From assembly GCF_009914755.1 (NCBI RefSeq), contig NC_060929.1: a stretch of 64,000 nt of DNA; one strand, written 5' to 3'. This DNA comes from the human T2T-CHM13v2.0 reference genome, Homo sapiens. A program made the translations under genes and the position numbers. Each line of letters opens with the position of its first letter. Within the stretch, counting starts at the first letter, position 1. The notes beneath the pieces were generated by a model, which worked only from the letters and a program-made list of their open reading frames with translations, did no database searches and was not told the origin of the DNA. Below, piece by piece: positions 1-13,215 of the stretch.

Positions 1-62
1 AGCTGGGACTCAACCCCGCCCTCCTGGACCGGGCTACCCTCACCTCCTGCCACCATCTTTAC

Positions 63-200
63 CTGTCCCCGTTAGCAGGGAGCACTCTGCGAGAAGATGG
101 CCAAAAGGTCCGCCGCCGCCGCTGTCCCGGGTAAGTTCATGGCCGAGCCTCTGCTTTGGGCTGACCCCGTCCGCCTCCGCCTCTGCCGCCAACGTCTCCG
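63..200 (-). other. LYSMD3: LYSMD3 exon 1 (5' UTR, non-coding); 5' boundary approximate
   Basis: Minus-strand donor GGGACAG|GTAAAG at 63/62. The conceptual translation ...GPFGHLLAECSLLTGT matches my recollection of the leader preceding LYSMD3 MAGRHQN. It lies ~29 kb upstream of ADGRV1 exon 1, consistent with the known head-to-head arrangement. Confidence 0.8.
97..130 (+). CDS. ADGRV1: Candidate alternative upstream first coding exon of ADGRV1 (MAKRSAAAAVP+G)
   Basis: aagATGG (A at -3, G at +4); 11 codons + 1 nt, then consensus donor GTAAGT at 131-136; same phase (1) as canonical exon 1. Confidence 0.6.
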
Positions 201-363
201 CCTTCCGGGCCGTACGCCGCCGCCACGTCCGCAAACCTGAGATGCGTCATCGCGTCAAGTGGGCGGAGGTGGGAAGGGGCGGGGGAGGACGCGGAGGGCA
301 GCCCAAAACGGGGGAGTCCAACCACAGGTCCACGCCCGGCACGCAGGCGCAGGGACTCCTCCG

Positions 364-413
364 GGGCCCGGGGGCGGGTCCAATCCCCGGGCCCGGGGGC
401 GGGTCCAATCCCC
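364..413 (+). repeat. Perfect 25-bp tandem duplication (GC box + CCAAT per unit)
   Basis: gggcccgggggcgggtccaatcccc at 364-388 and 389-413. Confidence 0.95.
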
Positions 414-1077
414 AGCCCCGCCCTTGACTCCGCTCCTTCCGTGCCGCTCCACTCCCCGAGGAAAAGATTTGGTGGCCAAGTCAGCGGATCCAACCCGCGA
501 CCACCAGCGACCTACTGGCTGCGTCTTTGTCCAGCGTCCACACTGCGCTGGCAGAGACTGTCGGGTGCACCCTGAGGACGAGGCGTGGCTCAGGATGTGT
601 CGGGGAGCTGTCTTGCATTTTTTTCTTGCTGTGCATCTCGAATTTTCTTTAGGGTGGGAAAGGACACCTCAAAAACACTGTTGACATCACGGTTTCAGAA
701 AATTGCGCCATGTTTGTTACCCTTTTCATGCTGAAGACTCCAGACTGCTGCAGAAGAGGCAGAATTCTGGAGAGAAATCCTTGGGGGACCGAGGACGAGG
801 GTTGGAGGGGGTTGTCTCACCCTTCCTGTTTTTAGGTGAGGGAAGTGAGCCACCTAGAGTCAGGCCCCAGGAAATGTTTTCCCTGGCTCGAGGAGTCAAG
901 GGAGTCAACAAATTGTAATCTAACTTATTTTGGTTTGAAAATTAACTGAGTCATTGGTAGTCACCATTGGACTCTATGGAATATTAGCTTGTTAAATAAA
1001 CTCATGACTTCATACATGATTTTTATCACAAATGTGTTAAATGAGTATCATAATGTGTTTGAATTTATGTATGACTT

Positions 1078-1112
1078 TGGCAAAAGCCGCAACTACTTTT
1101 GCACCAACCTAA
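1078..1112. mobile_element. MADE1 / Hsmar1 terminal inverted repeat (single end)
   Basis: tggcaaaagccgcaactacttttgcaccaacctaa matches the Hsmar1/MADE1 TIR. Confidence 0.8.
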
Positions 1113-2619
1113 TTAATGAATGTAAAGCATTTTAATGAGTCTGATGTCTCTCAGTGTTGATATTAGAGACGTTGCACTTTGACAACCATGCTAACTGTTA
1201 CGACAATATCCATTTTAGGCACAAATAGCTGGGGTGCAGGGTGCAGAGCAGTGCTTTTCAGAATGTCTGAATATTTATACATTAGAAAGCCTTTGAAGCT
1301 TGGTTTTAAATTGTTTTTCAAAGAGTATGTTTTTGGTTTTCTGGTAAGTGCCTCTGCAAAGGTTAGGAGTTTTGCATGGCAATAGTTTTCTTTTATTAGC
1401 AGGGATAGGCACTGTGCTTCCCAGCGCCACAAAAAAAAACTGCAGGAGAAGACTTTTTTAAAAAGTTTGTCTGAATTGTTCTGTGTGTTGTTGCCCTCAT
1501 GACACCCCTGTCTGTAACCATTTGTCACTGAGACGTTCTCTCATCAGCAGACAAAGGATATATTCCCTGCTTGATATGTAGGACTTCGGCTGCTTAGCCC
1601 TCATGAATGTTAATGGGAATACAACCTTCTTTCTGTCTATAGGTTACTTTTCTTATTTTAATGTCAATAGACAGCGGAATTAATGTGAGAGCCAAAGTGA
1701 TAGATTTCAAGCACTTCTATAGGACCGATACCTGTATCCTTCATATAAATAACTTTCTCAAAGATATCTGCATGCTCTTGAATAGTTATTTGTATTTAAC
1801 AAGGATGCAAATATTAAACTTTTTATAAAAATGGAAGAATAGGATTATATTTTATTATTAGAATATACAAAAGAAGCAGTTAGCGTGAATTTTGGCCAAG
1901 TTCCAAAAAGCCGGCCAGTAGGAACAAGCATTTTGTCTTTGAGAAAAAGGATGTCCCCAGTGCTCAGCAGAGCCAAAGGATTTTTAGTGTTTCAAGATTT
2001 CACCTGACACAGTTTCTGTTAAAACGCTATAGATGAAAGAATATGTCATTTCTAGGAATATGTGTTTTAGTCACTAACGTTTAGTTTTTGTGAGTTGCCC
2101 TAGAGTAGAAGTTGTACTGAAGTGAGAGTGTAAATTGATGCAACCTGTTAGGCAATATCTATCAAAATTTTAAATGCAACTGACTGAACTATTACATTGC
2201 TAAGTAATTACCTTAGATTTACTTACAGACACATATGTGCAAGATTTAACAGATATGTTCAGGAATGTTTGCACAGTAATAGCCAAAATCTGAAAATATT
2301 TTAAATGTTTATCAGTAGTTGACTGATACTTCCGGTACATTAAAACAATATAATGTTATACTTGGTTTCAGAAGAGTGAAGTTAATCTGGCATTTGCTGA
2401 TTTATTCATTCATTTACCTAATAAGTTTCTGTTGAAGAAAAACAGTGCTTAAAAAGACAAATTCCCCTTACTTATGGAGCTTGAATGACTGAAGCGTGTA
2501 GAAAGATCTTTAAAATGTATTTTAGTCTATTTTAGGAAGAAAAAATAGGAGGTATGATATTATTTCTATGGAATAAAATTTCAAATAAGCATCCCTCATC
2601 CTACCCCCCGTACCCCACC

Positions 2620-2658
2620 GACACACATATACACATACACATTCACACACACATATAT
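2620..2658. repeat. Imperfect (CA)n microsatellite
   Basis: acacacatatacacatacacattcacacacacatat. Confidence 0.8.
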
Positions 2659-4234
2659 GCAGAGAGATGCACTTAATTTTTCTATCTGGAAAGTCACTCA
2701 AGGAATTTTAACAGTGGCTGAAAAGGACTAGACATGGCAGGGGAGTAGGCAGGAAATTTTGCCTTTTCCTCTTAGAACTTTCTATATAGACTGAATTTTT
2801 ATTACTACATGCTTTTATTATTATATTAAGAATTAACACATTTTATTTCTAAGTAACTGGACTTGTTTATTCTGGAGCTAACCTATAGTTAACCATCCAT
2901 CTCTTAGTCATTCCTGAGTCTGTTTGTACTTTGTATTCAGGCGGCAAATGTCTGGAGAAAAGAACCAGATCAATTCTCTTATAAATCAAAAAATGAAAGG
3001 GTAACAAAACATTGAATTCTTTTTACACGTCTTCTTGATTTTCCTCTTTCTGATTTCTATCAACCCTGCTCTTTTACTCTCTCCTCCTTCCTATTATTCC
3101 TATTTCTATCCTTATAGCAGCCTTTTCTATCCAGCTTCTACTTTTCAGAAGCAGAACTAGAAAGAACTGTTGGACAATAAGGAAATACTTTAATCTCAGA
3201 TGAAGTTAAAATTGGATTATGGAGTGAAACTTAAAAAAAAAAAAAACTCCCACATCTCTGATCTTCAAATAACCTATGTAGAGAGAAAATTATTGTGTCT
3301 CTTCTCTCGAAGTGTTGGAAAAAAACAGACTGGATGATTTGGATATGTTCTGCTAGCAGGTGTACCACATGACCTCTCTAGCTGCCTTTAATCCTGTGAT
3401 TTTTAAACATAATGATTATTGTAATCATGGCTTTGCCATAATGTGGACAAAAGAAGAGTCAGATATACTTCAGGAATCCAAAGCTGTTTATAAATGCTAG
3501 TAATTAATTCATGGATCTTAAACATGACTTGAAAACAACCATCTTCAAGTCTTCATCCATGCAGACACGATGAAAACTAGCCTCACAAATACTATCCTTA
3601 TACTCTTTAGCTAGGTGGTTGGTACATGTAGAAAGGAACAGTTACATCTTTATATTTAAGTAGACTATAATTTGAAATGCTTTGTTTCCCATGTCTCTTA
3701 TAATCACTACTGTCACATAGGCAAATCAGTGCAGGTGAATTCCCCCAGAACCTGCATCCTGCTTGTTTTCGTGCCTACTTCTCCAGAGATTTAAGATGAT
3801 AAGACAGTATGTAATTAAGTTCACTAAACCAAAGGAAAACCTGAGGCATGACCCAGTCTATGGAATTGGGTGATGATAGATAGTGATCACCCAGAAGTGG
3901 AGAGCAAGTCAAAATGGAGTACAGAGAGTGGACGTCCAGTTTGATTTCTTAGGTCTTCAGCAGTGCATTCACAGAGACAGGAAAGATAGGGAGTGGGGAA
4001 GAATAAAAGGATAATGGGAGAGGCAACAGCATCTTCTCTTTCTAGTCTAGGTCTTTCCAGATAGAGACCACTTCTGTGACAATCCTCAGCTTAGTCAACA
4101 CTATCTGACAAAACCAAGCAAGAATTTCAAAAGCAAAACTTCCGTGCTCATTTAAAGAATAATAGTGAGGTGTACATGCATACCTAAAATGAAGGTAGTT
4201 GCTTATCTGACAAAATATAGACAGAAATTACATC

Positions 4235-4790
4235 TGTTCATTCAACAAATGTTAATTAAGCAGCAACTGTGTTTCAAATCCTGCTTTAATAAAGCACCAG
4301 GGACATGCAATGAACAAACAAACCCAAATCTTTGCCCTCTTGGAGCTTATGTTCTTGTGATGAAAGATAAAAACAAAATAAATAAATGAAATTGTGTTAG
4401 ATGGTGATAAGTGAATGGAGGAACACTGAATAGGGTAGGAGCTGCAGTGTTTTGGGTTGGGGGAGAGTCTCCACCCTATGAAAATTCTCTATCCCTGAGA
4501 GAGGAACTGTGCCTAGAGTATTGGAGGAACAACAAAGATACCAGCATGGCTGGAGCAGATTGCCGAAGCAGCGAGCAGTAGGAGAAGAGGTCAGATAGAG
4601 CCAAATGGGAAAGGACTCTGTCAGCCACTGCAAGGACTTGGGCTTTCACCCTGAGCAAGATGGGAAACGATTGGAGGGTTCTGAGCAGAGGAGGTCATCA
4701 TCTACCCTTTAAAAGGATCCCATAGGAAAGTGGAGGCAGCAGCAAGGAGATCAGTTAAGAGGAAATTGTAGTAATTCAGGCAAGAGGGAA
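4235..4790 (-). mobile_element. L2 LINE 3' fragment
   Basis: Begins cattcaacaaatg (reverse L2 tail); typical L2 motifs ggagggttctgagcagagg and gagatcagttaagagg. Confidence 0.75.
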
Positions 4791-6475
4791 GATGTCTCAA
4801 ATTAGGGAAAAACATCAAGTATCACATTGATGTGGGTTAAAAATACTTGATTTAAGAGTTTTTTCAAAGCCCCCGACTCTATGAGGATGCTCAATTTTAG
4901 TTTTAAAGATATTTTTCACTAGTTCCTTCTTGCATACTTTGATTAGTGACTCTGTACTAGGGCCTGTTTTCCACATTAATTCTAAATAAGCCAGATTTAC
5001 CACTGTAGCAATTGTTGGATCTAAGTAAAGTTTCCATTCTGCCCTCTCACCATGTTTTCTTTTATTTACAGTTAAGATTGAGCTGAATTTTTTCCCCTTA
5101 TTCCAAGCCTTAATCCTATCTGGCTTCTAAATCCCTTCAGAATTATTTGAAGCAAAGAATGCCTGCTGATTTCAAAAAACATTTTACACTTGGACTTACT
5201 TGATGGGGTATATAGCAAGGGTCGTGGAGGCTTCCTTCCTTTCCATGCAGAATAATGTGTTTGGAAATGTATATACTAATCAATGAGCAATCTGTTAGTA
5301 AGAAACATACAGAAGCTCATTTCTTTGATTTGTTGTTTTGAAAAGTACTTATTTTTCTTTGGAGTATTTTTCAGTTTAAAATCTAATCTGTTATTTTGTA
5401 GAATAATCAATTTATATTAGTTGAAACTTGATTAACTTTCCTTTTATTACCCTGTCCTTAAGATCATACTACAGATTTGGTTATATATCACATAACAATA
5501 TAAATGAACACTTGTTTTATAAAGATTTCTAATTCTATTGTTTCAGTCATTTCATTGAAAGATAAATATTACTACACCAATCTTCTAAGGAAAATTTCTT
5601 GTGTGTTATTCCTGGCTTTGTATAAGATAATGTTTATAGGCATTGTATGTAATGCTGATGCAATAGAAGGCATTATATTTAAAAAGAATGGCTTTACTGT
5701 ATACAAATATTAGGATTGCTTGTAAGGCAAAGCCATAAAAGCATTGCGTAATCTATTCTAATAAAATAGATACGCTAGCCCTTTGACTTTATTTGGTTTT
5801 AGCAACTGAACAGGATAGAGTTTCGAAATGAATATGGTGAAAATAGACAAAAGGATTTATAGTAAATTTTTTCCTCCTGCTCTGTGTTACCTCCCATGAG
5901 CCTTGTTCACCTTTTTCTCAATATCTGCCATTACTCATTAAAATTCTGGTTTCATAAAAACTACAAGTAGAGACTGCTGTTGCTTGTTGTATGTGTGTAA
6001 TGACAGCACTCAAATGCATTGCTAAAGGACTGGAAAACACAAGCAAGGATTATGATAAGAATGGTAACAACAACCACTTTCAACATGTATAAAGTTAAGG
6101 CAGTCTGCGCAAAACTGACATTTTGATAACTATACAAGGTGTTGTCAAAGTATGATCTCAGAACCCCTGCCAATCCCCAAGACTCCTTAGTAGGGTCCTC
6201 AAGTACTTTCACAATAATTCTAAGAAGTTATTTGCCTTGTTCACTGGGTTATCACTTGCACTCAGGTTACTCTTGTACAGCCATGGGAGATGAGCCCACA
6301 GAGAGCCAAATGGGATAGGACTTTGTTAGCCACTGCAGGGACTTGGGCTTTCACTCTGAGCAAGACGGCAAACAACTGGAGGGTTCTGAGCAGAGGAGGT
6401 CATCATTTACCTTTTAAAAGAATTTAATAGGAAGGTTAGGGCAGCAGCAGAGAGATCAGTTAAGAGGCAATTGCA

Positions 6476-6798
<323 letters not shown>

Positions 6799-6911
6799 TC
6801 AGGCAAAAGGGAGGTTGACTCAAATTGGAGAGGAACACCACATACCACTTTAAAAGTGTTCCTTGATTAAGCAGTAAATATATATTTATTGTATTAAATC
6901 TCAGTCCTGGA

Positions 6912-7211
6912 GGCAGGATGCAGTGGCTCACACCTGTAATCTCAGCACTTTGGGAGGCTGAGGTGGGTGGATCACCTGAGGTCAAGAGTTCGAGACCAGC
7001 CTAGCTAACCTGGCAAAACCCCGTCTTTTCTAAAAATACAAAAATTAGCTGGGCGTGGTGACATATGCCTGTAGTCCCAGCTACTTGGGTGGCTGAGGCA
7101 GAAGAATCGCTTGAACCCCGGAGGCGGAATTTGCAGTGAGCCGAGATCGTGTCACTCCACTTCAGCCTGGGCGACAGAGTGAGAGTCTGTCTCAAAATAA
7201 ATAAATAAATC
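6912..7211 (+). mobile_element. Alu (AluSx-like) with (TAAA)n tail
   Basis: Full dimer; TSD aatctcagtcct. Confidence 0.95.
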
Positions 7212-7418
7212 AATCTCAGTCCTTGAATATATGGCTTTTATTATTCTTTCTGATGAAACGGGAAATGCACATGAAGTTCTTCTGCTGCATGTCAAAGTAA
7301 TATGGTTGTCTAAGAAAAAAAATCTGGTGGCCTTGTTTGAGTTGGGAACTGAGCAAACCGTTTTTATCAAAGGACACTATTTTTAATAGAAAGAATGACT
7401 GACAGAAAAACTATGGTT

Positions 7419-7834
<416 letters not shown>

Positions 7835-8144
7835 TCAAGTTCTCAAGCAGAAATTAGAATTTTAGAAAACGTTTATTGCCTCTATGAGGGTTGGCAGCTT
7901 CCCAAAACTGAAAGGATTTTGTGATGAGATTAGCGGTGATATCAATAATGTAATTTTTCAAATATCGTATATATTGAAATTTGTCAAGACTTGGAACATC
8001 TCCATAACTCAGGGAACAATATTTTCCAAATAAGTAAAGTAAGATGCTAAAAAATCATGCACAGATAAAAGATCCATTTAAAGTGTAAGGCCAAGGATTT
8101 TAATGTGACTGATTTGAAGAAAAAAAAACTTATTGCTATAGTTT

Positions 8145-8620
8145 TATTAACCAAAAATTGACAGAGGCAAATCTAATTGGATAGAGGTTTATTTTGCCAA
8201 AATTGAGGATGTGCCTAGGAAAAAGAAACACAAGTTACAGTAAGATCTGTTACTTGTGCTTTTTCCAAAGAAGGTTTTGGAAACATCAATATTTAAAGTG
8301 AAAATAACAAGCAGAAGGGAAAGCAAAAAAAGGAGGATGGATAGGCAATGAGGGAAGTGGTTACATTGTTGTAACCACTCTGAATAGCACTCAGTGAATC
8401 CATGTTTTACATGCAAAAAGAAGGAGGTAGGCGAAAAGTCAATTTGTATTCCTCTTGTGTTCCATAAGTTTACATTTTACACAAGATAAAGTAAGCATGT
8501 GAAATGGCAGCTCTCTGTTTGGACAAAAAAGGAAGGCAAGTTTTGTGTCACTCAGTTCTCAAGCTTAACTTTGCCTTGGGCATAGTGAGTTTGGGGTCCT
8601 GAAATTCATTTTTTCCTTCA
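8145..8620 (-). mobile_element. Solo ERV1 LTR, MER4 group (MER83-like)
   Basis: Reverse complement begins tgaaggaaaaaatgaatttcaggaccccaaactcactatgcc; shares gtttattttgccaa with the MER4 copy at 13.2 kb. Confidence 0.65.
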
Positions 8621-9343
8621 GAGCTTCAAATGCTACATTGCAACTTACCTTTAAGAAGCTATCACTGAGTCTTGGTATAATATCAAAGAAGAATATTCAC
8701 AATTGTCTGAAAAACTATTAAAGTACTTTTCCCTATTCCAACTATGTATCTGCATGAGGCCAGATTTTTTTCATCTACTTCAGCCAAAACCACATATAAC
8801 AACAGACTGAATTCGGAGCAAATACAAGAATTTACTGGTCATTACAGCTAATAAATGACTTCAGTAAAGTTGAAAGATGCAAGATACACACACACAACAT
8901 CACTAGTATTTCTGTACACTAACAATGAACAATCTGAAAAAGAAACTAAGATTGTAATAGCATCAAAAAATACTTAAGAATATACTCTTATCAAGAGATG
9001 TAAGATTTGTACACTGAAAACTACAAAATAATGCTGTGGGAAAATAAAGAATATCTAAAGAAATGGAAAGACATGATGTGTTGATGGATTGGAAGAATTA
9101 ATATCATTAAGATGACAATACTTCCTACAAATATCTACAAATTCAATGTAATTCCTATCAAAATCCTACTGGCCATTTTTTTAGAATTGAAAAACTGATC
9201 CTAAAACTCATATAAAATGGCAAAGATCCTGAATAGTCAAAATACTCTTGAAAAAGAAGTACAAATTTGGAGGATACACACTTTTGAATTTCAAAACCTA
9301 TTACAAAACTACAATAATCAACAGTGTGGTTCTGGCATAAGGA

Positions 9344-9782
9344 TGTTCCATGGTGGCAGGTCTATGCAAGACTACCCTTAAAAGTCTGAGGAAGCTGAAA
9401 GGCCAAAGAAAGAAAATAAGGTATCCAGTTTTTCAGAAATAAACATGATTAAGGATTTATGAAGACAATCATGTCTGTGTCTCGGTGGTGGTGAGACAAG
9501 ATGGTGGATATCAGCACCTTCACTCCTCAGGGATAATATACCATAGGGAAGGAATGTATAGGACAACTATAGAGAAAGGCAAGAATGCCATAGTAATCTC
9601 CTGAAGCACAGGATTTATGGTCAAGGTTGTTTTGACCTAAGGACAGGATTTGTAGTAAGTACATGCTCTTACACAGGAGCAGTAGATAAGATGAAAATAT
9701 TAGAGGCATTCCTGGAACTGGGGTCAATCAGAAGTCAACAGGGCAGATTAGCATCCAAGATTAAGTTGCTTTAGCCTTTACA
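9344..9782 (-). mobile_element. Solo LTR inserted into L1MB (tentatively LTR47-like)
   Basis: TG...CA bounded block that splits the L1 sequence tggcataagga|gatatacatatagat. Confidence 0.55.
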
Positions 9783-10316
9783 GATATACATATAGATTAA
9801 TATTGTAGAATTGAAAGTTCAGAAATAAAACCATGCATCTATGGTCAATTGATATTTGACAAAGATGCCAAGACCATTCTATAGAGAAAGAATAATCTCT
9901 TCAACAAATGATGATAGGACGCCTGGATATCCACACACAAAAGAACCATGTTGGACCCCTACCTCATAACATATACAAAAATTAACTCAACCTGGAAAAA
10001 GACCTAAAAATTAGAGCTAAACCTATAAAACTTTTAGAGGAAGACACAGACATAAACAGTCATAATCTTGGATTTGGCAATAGCTTTTTAAGTATGACAC
10101 AAAAGAATAAAAAACAAAAAGAAAAATAGATGAATTGGACTCCATCAATACTAAAAACTTTTGGGCATCAAAAACACTACCAAGAGAATGAAAAGACACC
10201 CTATGAAATGGGAGGAAATATTTGTAAATATGTATGTTGTCTCGTATTCAGAAATATAAAGAACTCTTGCAACTCAACAACAAAAAGACAAATGACTCAA
10301 TTAAAAAAATGGGCCA

Positions 10317-10630
10317 GGCTAGGTGCGGTGGCTTACACCTGTAATCCCAGCATTTGGGAGGCCAAGGAGGGCCGATCATGAGGTCAGGAGATCAAGATCA
10401 TCCTGGCTAACACGGTGGAACCCCGTCTCTACTGAAAATACAAAAAATTAGCCAGGCCTGGTGGCACATGCCTGTAGTCCCAGCTACTCAGGAGGCTGAG
10501 GCAGAAGAATTGCTTGAACCCAGGAGGTGGAGGTTGCAGTGAGCCAAGACCACACTACTGCAATCCAGCCCGGGCGACAGAGCAAGACTTGGTCTCAAAA
10601 AAAAAAAAAAAAAGAAAGAAAGAAAAAAGA
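10317..10630 (+). mobile_element. Alu (AluSc/Y-like) inside L1MB
   Basis: Full dimer with A tail; TSD aaaaatgggcc. Confidence 0.95.
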
Positions 10631-11984
10631 AAAATGGGCCTAGAATTGAACAGGTATTTTTACAAAGAAGATATACAAATGACCAAAAAGCATTTGAAAA
10701 GATGCTTATCGTTTAGTCATTAGGAAAATGCAAATCAAAACCACAATGAGAAGCCACTTTGTATTCACTAGGCTGGCCACAATTTTTTTAAATGGAAAAT
10801 GAATATTTGTAAGGATGTCGAGATTGGAACTCTCATACATTATCGGTGGGAATATAAAATGGTGCAGTTGCTGTGGAAAACAGTTTGGCAATTCTTCAAA
10901 AGTGAAAAATAAAATTACCACGTAACTCAGCAATTCTACTCTTAGGTATATGCTCAAGAGAATTGAAAACAGGTGTTCAAACAAAAACTTGTACATAAAG
11001 TTAATTACAGCACTGTTCGTAATAGCCAAAAGGTAGAAACAAATCAAATGTCCATCAACAGATGAATGGGTAACAAAATGTGGTAAACACATACAATTTG
11101 AGTATTATTCAGCCGTAAAAGGGAATGAAGTACTGCTATATGGTACAATATGGATGAACCTTGAAAATATTATGCTAAGTGAAAGAAGTGAGACATAAAA
11201 CGTCACACACATTGCATGATTCCATTTATACTGTAAAATCTAGAATAGGCAGATCCATAGAGACAGAAAGCAGATTAGTTGTTGCCAGGGAATAAGGAGG
11301 GAGGAATAGGAAGTGACTGCTTAATGGTTACAGGTTTTCCCACTGAGATGCTACAAATGTTCTGGACCTAGATAGTGATCCTAGTTGCACAATATTGTGA
11401 ATGTACTAAATGCCACCAAATTGTACACGTTAAAATGATAAATTTTATGTTATGTGTATTTTACCACAAATTTTTAAAAAAGAATCCAGCTATCTTCTAA
11501 GTCAGACATTAAAGAGATTTTTAAATGATAAATAATGCCACTGATCTCACTAAATATTTTTGTTTTCAAAAATATATTTTTCATAAAATATGTTATTTCA
11601 ATTAACATGAAATCAGTTTATTTTTAATTGAATTAATGAATAGATACATAGAAGTTGTGACTAAAAAGTTTGAGACCCACTAAGTTGTTGTGTAAGGTGT
11701 AGCCTCAAAGGTATCTAAGCCAAGTTACTGCATGGGTTTTAAGGTTCAAAAGATTTTCTAATATAAGTCAATTGTGAATCAAAATGTTACAGATTAAAGC
11801 ACAACTAGAAAAGATATTCTTCTGATCATATTAGCTACCAAAGTGTAAACTAGAAGGTTAGAAACTATATTTGTTGGAGGCATGGTCTGAAGAAAAGAGT
11901 GGGGAAGCTGAGGAAGGGCAAAGTTGGAGATGGAAAGCAGCAGAGTGGGTTCCATCTCTACAGCTGGAATGAAGGTGGCCAGGA

Positions 11985-12347
11985 TGATATGGTTTGGCTT
12001 TGTGTCCCCACCCAAATCTCATCTTGAATTGTCATCTCCAGGTAATGAGGAAGGGACCTGGTGTGAGGTGATTGGATCATGGGGGCAGTTTTCCCCATCT
12101 TTTCTCATGATAGTGAGTGAGTTCTCACAAGAGCTGATGGTTTTATAAGGGGCTCTTCCCCCTTTGCTCTGTCTTCTTCTCTCATCTGCTGCCATGTAAA
12201 ATGTGCCTGCTTCCCCTTCCACCATGATTGTAAGTTTTCTGAGGCCTCTCCAGCCATGTGGAACTGTGAGTCAAGTAAGCTTTTTTTCTTTATAAATTAC
12301 TCAGTCTCCAATATATCTTTATAGCAGTGTGAAAGTATACTAATAGA
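11985..12347 (+). mobile_element. MaLR solo LTR (MSTA/THE1D-like)
   Basis: tgatatggtttggctttgtgtccccacccaaatctcatcttgaattgt ... actaataga; 5-bp TSD cagga/caggg. Confidence 0.85.
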
Positions 12348-12888
12348 CAGGGACAGAATAGTTACAGGGACCCGTCAGGATGAAGGAAAAAAAGTTATAG
12401 GAGCGCAGGCTGTGTCAGCCACTGAAGTCATGGAATTGGGGTGGATGCTGGGAATGGCGAGTGGTGGGTAAAGAGGGTGTTGGCCTAGAAAATTCATGAT
12501 TCATTGCGTTAATTCAATTTGACATTCATGTAATAGGTTTAAATGTATTTTTTCTCTGTTTTCTAGCTGTCTGTGCTAATAACACAGAGCTTACACTTAC
12601 TGATTATTGTGTCAGGTATTGTTCTAAGATTTATGATGTGGATGGCACTATTCTTTTTATTTTTAATACAATTTTTGAGGAAATATTTGAGAATAAGCTG
12701 CAGATATCATGACACTTCACCCTTAAATACTACAGCATATGTCTCCTAAGAACAAGGACATTCTTCTACATAATCACAACACAATTGTAACTGAAAAAAC
12801 ATAAAATTGATACAGTATTATTCTCTAATATTCAGTTCATATTTAAATATCCAAGATTACCCTGATTGTGTCCTTTATCTGGTTTTCC

Positions 12889-13181
12889 TTTTTTCTTTTT
12901 GAGACAGAGTCTCACTGTGTCACCCAGGCTGGAGTGCAGTGGCACCATCTCCGCTCACTGCAAGCTCTGCATCCAGGGTTCACGCCATTCTCCTGCTTCA
13001 GCCTCCTGAGTAGCTGGGACCACAGGCGCCCGCCAGCACGCCTGGCTAATTTTTTGTATTTTTAGTAGAGACGGGGTTTCACCGTGTTAGCCAGGATGGT
13101 CTCAATCTCCTGACCTCGTGATCTGCCTGTCTCGGCCTCCCAAAGTGCTAGGATTACAGGTGTGAGCCACCGCGCCTGGCC
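12889..13181 (-). mobile_element. AluY
   Basis: gcaagctc, gggttcacgccattctc and accgtgttagccaggatgg diagnostics; TSD cctttatctggttttc. Confidence 0.95.
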
Positions 13182-13215
13182 CTTTATCTGGTTTTCTTTT
13201 TGTGTTTATTTGTTT

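Larger units (their letters stand above)
1..620. promoter_or_regulatory. LYSMD3: CpG island / LYSMD3 promoter (probably bidirectional)
   Basis: Very GC- and CpG-rich against an AT-rich background; GC boxes (~277, 371, 396), CCAAT motifs (380, 405), CRE-like TGCGTCA (~243-249). Confidence 0.9.
8845..11480 (+). mobile_element. L1MB-type LINE, 3' part of ORF2 plus 3' UTR (degenerate, interrupted by an LTR and an Alu)
   Basis: ORF2 motifs tggattggaagaattaatatcattaagatg and tttgacaaagatgccaag; 3' end gtgtattttaccacaa. Confidence 0.85.

Noticed and set aside
40-234. 64-aa minus-strand ORF as LYSMD3 coding sequence
   Set aside because: It starts at TTG and reads through the exon-1 donor; as I recall, the LYSMD3 ATG is in exon 2, outside the window.
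137-918. Several GC-rich ORFs (60-141 aa) in and next to the first CpG island
   Set aside because: Stop codons are scarce in GC-rich DNA; no recognisable protein, and several start at non-ATG codons.
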